Source of the DNA: an uncultured delta proteobacterium
Lineage (GTDB): Bacteria > Myxococcota > Myxococcia > Myxococcales > Myxococcaceae
Reading direction: 5' to 3'
DNA: 64,000 nt
NCBI GenBank assembly: GCA_963771175.1
Contig: CAVYSY010000011.1
Location: forward strand, 1-64,000
In this document: positions 57,066-64,000 of the stretch, one piece after another
Position numbering within the stretch: position 1 is the first letter of the stretch
Layout: each line of letters opens with the position of its first letter
Translations under genes and position numbers: made by a program
Notes under the pieces: model-generated
Seen by the model: only the letters and a program-made list of their open reading frames with translations
Database searches by the model: none
What the model was told of the DNA's origin: nothing

Positions 57066-58439
57066 TCACTCCTCGAAATCGGACATCCAGTCCGGCTTCT
57101 TCGCGGATTCCGGAGCGGGAGCGGCCGGCTCGCGGCGCTTGCGCTCGGGGGACGAGGGCGGACTCGGAGACTTGCGCTCGGATGGCGCGGACGGACCTGG
57201 AGTGAAGTCGGCCATCCAGTCCTTCGAGGAGCTCGCCTGCTGGGGCGTGGAGATGGCCCGCCGGGGCGGCGGAGTCATCTCGGAGGCGCGGGTGAGCTTC
57301 GCCTTCTTCTTGCCACCCGGTGGCGTGTGCGCGTCGAGGAAGTCCCGCATCCAGTCGTTCGGGCGTGCTGGCGGCGGAGGCGGTCGGGGTGGGATGACTC
57401 GCTGGACCGGGAGCGACTGCGCGACGGCGACGGTGGGAGTGAACCCCGGCTTCGCAGGTGCGCCATTGCCGGGGCGGACCAGGGCTCGGAGCGCACGCTC
57501 CGTCTCGCTGGGCCATCCGGGAAGCACCTCGAGGGCGCGGCGCGCGAGCTCGAGGAACTCGGGAGTGGTGGCCTCGCGGGGGACCTTCACCTTCTCCGCG
57601 CGCAGCCACTCCGCCAGCCGGTTCACCAGCCCCGGGTGGTTGCGCCGCAGGGTGGCCACGTCGTCCTTCACCTCGTAGCCGCGCGACTCCAGCTCCGCGA
57701 TGGCCATGAGGCGGCTGGGGACGGGCAGCTCCAGCTCGGCGATGGCCTTCGGGCCGCCGTGCTCGCGGGCGTACTCCTGGAGTTGGTCGAGCGCCTCGCG
57801 CAGGATGGTCGCCACCATCGGGTCGTTCGCGACGTTGTGGGCCTGCAGCTCGGGAGGCACCGCGGGGTAGGCCAGCACCAGCCCCCGGCCCTCGGCGATG
57901 CGCTCGGCCCGGTCTCCCGGGAACAGCGCGTGGTAGCTGCGCGGCGCGGTCTTGCTCTCGGGGTCCTGCACGTACTGGAAGGCCTCGGGCGCGCCCTGCA
58001 CCAGTCCGGCGAGCAGGTCCCCGCGCGTCATCGTGAGCTGTCCCGGCACGCGCATCGGCGAGGCGCTCGGCCAGGGCCCCATCAGGGTTCCATAGAGGTA
58101 GACCGGATCATTGGCCCCCTCCGCGTCCGCCGGGTGCTCGACGAGCTCCACCGAGAAGAGGAAGAGCTCGGCCGCCGAGATGCGCCGGGGCGTCTGGCCG
58201 GAGGCGAGCTCGTGGTGCGTGAGCTGGGCCTTGGTGCTGGCCGGCAGGTGCTCTCGCTCGCTCGCGGGCAGGACGTGCACGTTGCCCGCGATGTCGGTGC
58301 AGACAATCCATTCCTGCTCGCCGACGTATCCGGCCTGCAGGCGGAAGGCGTCCATCGCGTGCACCACCGCGGCCGGGTCGGGTTGGATGGCCTCGGCCGG
58401 GCTCGCGGCGTGGGGAACGAAGTAGCGGGGATGGCTCAC
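57066..58439 (-). CDS. Hypothetical protein with a Pro-rich tail carrying three DWMxDF motifs
   Basis: Long ORF with high GC3; NDWMRDF, KDWMADF, PDWMSDF. Confidence 0.7.
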   Translation of the reverse strand: MSHPRYFVPHAASPAEAIQPDPAAVVHAMDAFRLQAGYVGEQEWIVCTDIAGNVHVLPASEREHLPASTKAQLTHHELASGQTPRRISAAELFLFSVELVEHPADAEGANDPVYLYGTLMGPWPSASPMRVPGQLTMTRGDLLAGLVQGAPEAFQYVQDPESKTAPRSYHALFPGDRAERIAEGRGLVLAYPAVPPELQAHNVANDPMVATILREALDQLQEYAREHGGPKAIAELELPVPSRLMAIAELESRGYEVKDDVATLRRNHPGLVNRLAEWLRAEKVKVPREATTPEFLELARRALEVLPGWPSETERALRALVRPGNGAPAKPGFTPTVAVAQSLPVQRVIPPRPPPPPARPNDWMRDFLDAHTPPGGKKKAKLTRASEMTPPPRRAISTPQQASSSKDWMADFTPGPSAPSERKSPSPPSSPERKRREPAAPAPESAKKPDWMSDFEE

Positions 58440-58505
58440 GGGTGACCCGCGAGGCTCCCGCAACTGGCCAGGGCGATCAAGTGCCCAGGCGTGAACCCGC
58501 CTGGC

Positions 58506-60023
58506 TCAACGCCGCGCGGAGAGCGTGGCCCCGTCCTCTCCCAGCGGATGGAAGGAGTTGTCATTCGCCCCGGGACGGCCCAGCCCCCGGTGCACCGCGG
58601 GCTCCGAGGCGCTGACGGGGCCCACGTAGAAGATGCCGTGGTAGCCCGACTCGTTCCGCTTGCCGAACAGGTGGACGAAGTACCGGTCCCCGTTGTCCTT
58701 GCCAGTCGCTGGTTTCACCCCGCACTCCAGCTTCTGGCTCTGGTCCCCCACCGCGCAGATCCACGCCGAGCCGCTGTCGTAGGCCACGTCCAGCGCCACC
58801 ACGCTCTCGAGCTGCCGGGACAGCAGCAGACCCATGGGGCGGTAGTTCGCATCCCAGGGGATCCCCTGGGTGGTGCGCGGGTGGACGTTGCCGGACACCA
58901 CGAGAAAGAAGCGCTCCGGCTCCTGGCGCACGCGCGAGAGCACCGCGGCGGCCATGGCGTCCTCGTGCGGCTGGCCCGTCAGCTTGGGGCTGTCGAACAC
59001 GAACGCGTCCACGTCCATCCCCTGGGCGCGGAGCTGGCGCAACTGCTCCAGCAGGTTGGCCATGGCCTCGCTGCTGCGCCCGTCCGGGAAGGGGGTGCGC
59101 CAGAAGGGCGCCTCCATCAGCTTCAGCCAGTCGTCGTCCGTGCCGGCGCTGCGGATGAAGGTGGCCACGCGCTCCTGGTTCTCCACAGGCAGCTCCAGCC
59201 CCACCGTCACCGGCATGCCGTTCGCAGCCGCCTGGCAGGCTCCCTGCGCGATGAAGCGGGGCACCTCCCGCGTTCCGTGCAACTCGCCCAGCAGCAACAC
59301 GCCCCCGCGCTTCACCTGCGGCGCCAGGCCGATGATGGGCAGTCCACACTCGACCGCCAGCGCCGAGGCCGGCGCCTCCTTCGCCTCCGGGGCCCGGGCC
59401 ACCGCCGTCACCGGCACGGCCACTTCCTTCTTGGTCAGCTTGGGCGCCACCGCGCGGAACACCTTCCACTCCATCGCCATGTCGCGCGTGCCCTGCGCCG
59501 AGCCGGCCACGATGCCATTGTCCCCTCGCGAGACGCCGGTCATCGCCTCCATGTCCTCGATGCTCAGGTTCGCCCCGAGCTTCCCGGTCAAGACCCCATC
59601 CTCACCATTTTCAATCTCGCTACCCCCAGGCCCTCCACCCATCAGCCCCCGGCTAATGCTCCAGTCGATCTCATCTCCCGCTGGGGACAGCGTCCTGTTG
59701 GCGCTCCGGGTAATGCGGATGACCCACAGCTTGCCGCGGGTGGGCGTCTCGCGCTTGCCCAGCACGAGATAGCGGTGCCAATAGCCCGCGACCCGCGAGC
59801 CGCCGAACTCCTCGCGCCACTCCGTCTCCAGGACGAAGCTGCCCTTGTCCTCGCGGAAGGGCAGCTTGCTGTCGGTGAAGAACTGGCGGACGGAGGGCCA
59901 GACCTCCTCGAGGGGCGCGTCATAGATGGCTTCCTCGTTCGGAATCCACGAATCCCCCAGCCGCGAGGCGCAGCCCGCAAGCAAGATCGTGAGCCCCATC
60001 ACAATCATCAACGCCGAGCGCAT
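58506..60023 (-). CDS. Lipoprotein with C-terminal EreA/ChaN-like domain
   Basis: Lipobox LAG|C; 'VLLLGELHGTRE', 'VGLE', 'DGRSS', 'SGNVH'. Confidence 0.65.
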   Translation of the reverse strand: MRSALMIVMGLTILLAGCASRLGDSWIPNEEAIYDAPLEEVWPSVRQFFTDSKLPFREDKGSFVLETEWREEFGGSRVAGYWHRYLVLGKRETPTRGKLWVIRITRSANRTLSPAGDEIDWSISRGLMGGGPGGSEIENGEDGVLTGKLGANLSIEDMEAMTGVSRGDNGIVAGSAQGTRDMAMEWKVFRAVAPKLTKKEVAVPVTAVARAPEAKEAPASALAVECGLPIIGLAPQVKRGGVLLLGELHGTREVPRFIAQGACQAAANGMPVTVGLELPVENQERVATFIRSAGTDDDWLKLMEAPFWRTPFPDGRSSEAMANLLEQLRQLRAQGMDVDAFVFDSPKLTGQPHEDAMAAAVLSRVRQEPERFFLVVSGNVHPRTTQGIPWDANYRPMGLLLSRQLESVVALDVAYDSGSAWICAVGDQSQKLECGVKPATGKDNGDRYFVHLFGKRNESGYHGIFYVGPVSASEPAVHRGLGRPGANDNSFHPLGEDGATLSARR

Positions 60024-60241
60024 CCGAGTCCCTCCTGGAAATGTGACCCGGCTATTCAACGCCTCGGGCGCGAGGGCATATCGCCGCCCGGTGGAAAGGG
60101 GGCAGGGGAGCGGCTCGCCCGGGGCCAGGAGGGCTGGTTCCGGGGAAATGCTGCTCCTTCCCTCGTCCTACCCATTGGATCGAGTGCTTCATGTAGTTCA
60201 TGATCACGCTTGGTATCGCGTCACGTACAGGGGGGCGGACC

Positions 60242-60931
60242 GTGAGGCTCCTGCTCGTAGAAGATGAAGAGAAGATGGTGGGCCTGCTGCGACAGGGTCT
60301 GGGCGAAGAGGGGCACGAAGTCCACGTGTGCACCAGCGGTCGCACCGTGCTGAGCCAGGAGAGGCCGGAGGACTACGACGTCATCATCCTGGATTGGTCC
60401 CTACCGGACATGGAGGGGGTGGCGGTGTTGCGTCAGTGGCGCGAGGCGGGCGTGCAGACGCCGGTGCTGATGCTGACCGCCCGGGGCACCACTGGCGAGA
60501 AGGTGATGGGGCTGCGCGCCGGGGCGGACGACTACCTGGTGAAGCCCTTCGATTTCGATGAGCTGCTGGCTCGGCTGGAGGCCCTGCGCCGCCGGGGCGA
60601 ACAGCAGGGCGGGCCGGTCCACCTGGGCTCGGTGTCGTTGGATTCTCGCCGCCGGGTGCTGCGTCGTGGGCTGCGCGAGGAGTCGCTCACCGCGCGCGAG
60701 TTCTCCCTCCTCTCCGTGCTGGCGCGCCAGCCCGGCGAGCCCCAGGTGCGCACCCGGTTGATGATGCAGGCCTGGGGACCGGACTTCGAGGGCAGTCCCA
60801 ACGTGCTCGAGGTGTACGTGGGATACCTGCGCACGAAGCTGGAGCGGCTGGGCGCCGAGGACGTCTCCATCCGCGCCGTGCGAGGCGTGGGGTATGTGCT
60901 GCGTGTCGAGCAGGGGAGCCGTGCTCCATGA
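60242..60931 (+). CDS. OmpR-family response regulator
   Basis: LLVEDE, LDWSLP, LTA, GADDYLVKPF, winged HTH with VRGVGY. Confidence 0.92.
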   Translation: MRLLLVEDEEKMVGLLRQGLGEEGHEVHVCTSGRTVLSQERPEDYDVIILDWSLPDMEGVAVLRQWREAGVQTPVLMLTARGTTGEKVMGLRAGADDYLVKPFDFDELLARLEALRRRGEQQGGPVHLGSVSLDSRRRVLRRGLREESLTAREFSLLSVLARQPGEPQVRTRLMMQAWGPDFEGSPNVLEVYVGYLRTKLERLGAEDVSIRAVRGVGYVLRVEQGSRAP

Positions 60932-62343
60932 CGCTCACCCGGCGCCTGTGGCTGCTCGGGGCGCTGGTGCCGGCACTGGTCACCTTGAGCGCTCTCGTCG
61001 TCGCCGGTCAGCTCTTCCGGTTCGATCTGGAGGCCTCGCTGGACCGGGCCCTGCTGGCCCAGGCCGCGGTGGAGAGCGTCAGCCTCTTCGACGGCCCCGG
61101 ACAGAAGGTGCACCTGCACATGGCGGTGTCGCCGCTCGTCGAGCAGGTGCGCCCTTTCGCTCCCCAGGGCCAGCTCTTCGGCTCGGACGGGCGGCTGGTG
61201 ATGCACTACCCTCCGCTGCTGGAGGGTGAGTCCGTCGGCGACGTGCTGCTGCCGGGTGAGCCCGGGACGCCCCCCCAGCTCGCCACCCGCGAGTTGCCGG
61301 ACGGGACGCGCTTGCGCGAGGTGGTGGTGAGCGTGCGCTCGCCCCAGGGGGCGCTGTACGCGTTGCGCCTGTCCGCGCTGCTGTCGCAGGTGGATGGCTC
61401 GGTGCGCAGCTACTACCGCATGGCCCTCTCCCTGGCCGCGCTCACGGGGCTGCTGCTGCTGGTGCTCCAGACGTTCCTCGCCCGTCGCATGGCGCGCCGG
61501 TTGGGCGCCATCACCCGCCACCTGTCGCTGCTGCGCGAGGGGGACTTCGCGCACGCGCCTCCTCCGGACGGTGGCTCGGACGAGATTGGTCAACTGCGCG
61601 AGGTGCTCGCCGAGGCCATGGACAAGTTGCGCGGCGCTCGCGAGGCCCAGGATCGGCTCATCGCCGACGCGGCCCACGAGCTGCGCACCCCGCTCACCCT
61701 CATGCGCACGCAGATGGACCTGGCGCTGCGGCGCGAGCGGAGCGTCGAGGAGCTGCGCGCCTCCTTCCGCGAGGCCCGGCGCGAGGTGGATAGGTTGGCC
61801 GTGCTGGCCGGCGAGTTGTTGGACCTGGCCGCCGCGGGCCGGGGGGAGTGGGACAGGCAGAAGGGCAACCTGGCCGAGGTGGTGCTCCAATCGGTGGAGG
61901 CGGCGCGCGCCGAGGCGGAGGTGCGTGGGTTGCTCATCCGCCTGGAGTCGCCCGCGCACGAGGAGGCGTGGTTCGACGCGGGCGGGGTACGGCAGGCGGT
62001 GGACAACCTGCTGGCCAACGCCCTCAAGTTCTCACCCAGGGGAGGGGAGGTCCACGTGCGGCTGTGGCGGGCGCAGGAGCGGTTGCGCATCCGCGTGGCG
62101 GACGAGGGCCCGGGCATTCCGCCTTCGGAGAGGGAGTCGGTATTCGCTCCCTTCCGGAGGTTGTCCGGCTCCGGCTCCGTATCTGGGGCAGGGCTGGGGC
62201 TGGCGATCGTCCGCGAGGTGGCGCTGCGCCACCAGGGCCGCGTCTGGGTGGAGTCGAAGACAGGCCGGGGGGCGGCGCTCGTGCTGGAGCTGCCGGCCGG
62301 GGCTCCCTCGGCATTGCCGTCCTCTCGCGGCCAGGCCGCCTAG
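60928..62343 (+). CDS. Sensor histidine kinase (HAMP, HisKA, HATPase)
   Basis: Two TM segments, HELRTPL, NLLANALKF, DEGPGI, GAGLGLAIV. Confidence 0.92.
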   Translation: MTLTRRLWLLGALVPALVTLSALVVAGQLFRFDLEASLDRALLAQAAVESVSLFDGPGQKVHLHMAVSPLVEQVRPFAPQGQLFGSDGRLVMHYPPLLEGESVGDVLLPGEPGTPPQLATRELPDGTRLREVVVSVRSPQGALYALRLSALLSQVDGSVRSYYRMALSLAALTGLLLLVLQTFLARRMARRLGAITRHLSLLREGDFAHAPPPDGGSDEIGQLREVLAEAMDKLRGAREAQDRLIADAAHELRTPLTLMRTQMDLALRRERSVEELRASFREARREVDRLAVLAGELLDLAAAGRGEWDRQKGNLAEVVLQSVEAARAEAEVRGLLIRLESPAHEEAWFDAGGVRQAVDNLLANALKFSPRGGEVHVRLWRAQERLRIRVADEGPGIPPSERESVFAPFRRLSGSGSVSGAGLGLAIVREVALRHQGRVWVESKTGRGAALVLELPAGAPSALPSSRGQAA

Positions 62344-63992
62344 GGCGAGAGGGGAATCCAGGGAGAGGCCGCTTCCAGCCGGCCGCTCTCCGCGTCCACC
62401 CGGACGAGCTGGGCGCCCTGCACGCCCACACGCCGGTTCACTCCGAACGTCACCGCGGGCGTCACGCCGGTGTCGAAATCCCGTAGCTCCTCCAACCGCA
62501 TCATCAGATCCGCGCGCGTCACGTCCGCACCCGAGCGCCGCAGCGCCTCCACCAGCACCTGGGAGGCCGCGTACGCGCCGAGCTGGAAGGCCACGTGGCG
62601 CGGGCGCAACTCGTGGCGCTGGAGGAAGGCGGAGAAGGTTCGCAGGTGGGCCTCGCGGCCATTCACCCCGGGAGGGTAGACGAAGAAGACGGGGAGGGTG
62701 CTGCCCTCCACCACCGAGGGCTCGGCCAGGCTGGCTGGGGCGTACACGCGTGTCTCCAGCTTCCAGGAGGCCAGCGTCCCCAGCAGCGACTTCAGCCCGG
62801 CGGGAGGGCCGGTATAAAGGAGGGCCGCGGGAGCCTTCTGGCGCAGGCGCTGGAGGGCCTCGGGCTCGGGAGCGCCGTCCACCAGCGGGATTTCCAGCGG
62901 CGAGGGCAGCTCGCGGCGCACGGCTTCCTCGCGTGCCGCACGGGCCCAGGCGAGGCCCCCGGTGTCCTCCGGCCTCACCACCACCAGGGGCCGGCGGCGC
63001 AGCTCCCGCGTCTCCTCGTCGGCGCGCGCGAGGTACTGCACCACCAGCCGCGCCTGCACGGGCTCCTCCGGGTAGAGGAAGAAGATGGGGCTGTCGTCAT
63101 CCCCGGCCCCCTGGCCCAGCGCGATGGGGAGCACCAGCGGAGCCCCCTCGCGCCGCAGGAGCGTGTCCGAGGCCGGCTCGCCCTTGCGCAGGCTGCCCAC
63201 CAGGGCGAACACGCCGCGCTTCAGCAACCGGGTGGTGGCGTCCGGGCCCACCCCGGTGGGCTCCGAGCCGTAGAGCGCCGAGTCGTCCTCCACCACCAGC
63301 TCCAGCCGGCGCCGGAAGATGCCTCCCTTCTCGTTCACCTCCGCGAAGGCCGCGCGCAGCACGGCTTCCACGTCCTGGCCTGCCTCGCCCAGCCGTCCTC
63401 CGAGCGGCAGCGCCGCGCCCACTGTGAGGGTGCTCGGCGTCAGGCCTGGATCCGGCGACTCACCCAGCTTCTCCAGGTAGGCGAGCAGCTCCTCGCGCTC
63501 CGCCTCTCCGAGCACGTAGCGCGGCATGGTCGTCCCCAGCCATCGGCCACTCGCGGAGATGCCCTCGGTGATGGCTCGCAGCAGGGTGGCGCGGTCATAG
63601 GCGGGGCGTGAGCGATCCTCCACGTCCAGGGCCGCGCGCGGGCGCGGATGGCGCAAGGAGCGGGGACTGATGTCCGGCACCTCCACGCCGCCCTCCTGGC
63701 CACCTCGGCCGGAAGGAGTGTGACAGCGCGCGCAGGCGGCCACGGGTCCGCTCAGCTCGATGCGCTCGGGCCCCAGCAGTCCCACCAGCGGCGCGCCACG
63801 AGCGCTCTCCCCTCGCTGGAAGAGCGAACGCCCCCGCTGGGCCAGTTCCGGCTCCACGGGAGCCGGGGCCGTCTCCTTGCGGCAGGCCGCCCCCACCACC
63901 ATCACCATCACCACCGCCATCCGGAGCCCCCACCCTCCGCCTCTCCCCGGCAGCGGGCCGGAGTGGGGGGAACCGTCACCGTGCTGCCTCAT
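62340..63992 (-). CDS. Cytochrome c (CxxCH) + type-1 periplasmic binding protein fusion, probable lipoprotein (start uncertain)
   Basis: GAA|C lipobox-like, CARCH, MPRY, then PLGG, NEKGGIFRRRLELVVEDD (LivJ-like fold). Confidence 0.8.
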   Translation of the reverse strand: MRQHGDGSPHSGPLPGRGGGWGLRMAVVMVMVVGAACRKETAPAPVEPELAQRGRSLFQRGESARGAPLVGLLGPERIELSGPVAACARCHTPSGRGGQEGGVEVPDISPRSLRHPRPRAALDVEDRSRPAYDRATLLRAITEGISASGRWLGTTMPRYVLGEAEREELLAYLEKLGESPDPGLTPSTLTVGAALPLGGRLGEAGQDVEAVLRAAFAEVNEKGGIFRRRLELVVEDDSALYGSEPTGVGPDATTRLLKRGVFALVGSLRKGEPASDTLLRREGAPLVLPIALGQGAGDDDSPIFFLYPEEPVQARLVVQYLARADEETRELRRRPLVVVRPEDTGGLAWARAAREEAVRRELPSPLEIPLVDGAPEPEALQRLRQKAPAALLYTGPPAGLKSLLGTLASWKLETRVYAPASLAEPSVVEGSTLPVFFVYPPGVNGREAHLRTFSAFLQRHELRPRHVAFQLGAYAASQVLVEALRRSGADVTRADLMMRLEELRDFDTGVTPAVTFGVNRRVGVQGAQLVRVDAESGRLEAASPWIPLSP

Positions 63993-64000
63993 GCGGACTC

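Noticed and set aside
51435..64000. tRNA-Pro as the integration site of an island
   Set aside because: No integrase and no duplicated tRNA 3' end found by eye in the window.

Overview
High-GC myxobacterial DNA (Archangium/Cystobacter-like, judged from DUF2381, DUF2378, Sit-type lipoprotein toxin and REP-like palindromes). Many genes, including pyk, rpe and dusB, carry single-base frameshifts, so most breaks are probably long-read consensus errors. Several calls below are manual multi-frame reconstructions. Layout: (1) 0-5.4 kb: partial lipoprotein polymorphic toxin, DUF2381 pair, SsnA-like amidohydrolase, a BCP-type peroxiredoxin with an in-frame TGA at its catalytic Cys plus a SECIS-like hairpin (probable selenoprotein), and a PG-binding GH19. 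(2) 5.4-23 kb: nucleotide-sugar/CgeB glycosyltransferase cluster, interrupted by a ~1,140-aa TraB/OmpA-like protein fused to a pre-toxin TG domain and a PD-(D/E)xK nuclease, followed by a putative immunity gene. (3) 23.2-31.6 kb: a self-contained sigma54-driven six-gene operon of unknown function (acidic-leader/Gly-rich protein, HExxH metallopeptidase, large protein of unknown function, BioF-like PLP enzyme, GIY-YIG-like protein, amidohydrolase) with its own convergent enhancer-binding protein; this is the best candidate for an undescribed system. (4) 32-52 kb: deoxyhypusine synthase-like gene, internally deleted multicopper oxidase with a QGPP leader, ClC channel, ECF/NrsF pair, desaturase, S2P-TPR, dusB, GH1, histone-like protein, NFACT, pyk, HD-GYP, rpe, tRNA-Pro(CGG). 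(5) 52-64 kb: tandem His-tailed vWA genes with a His-rich P1B-4 ATPase, a lipoprotein, a two-component system and a cytochrome c/periplasmic-binding fusion.
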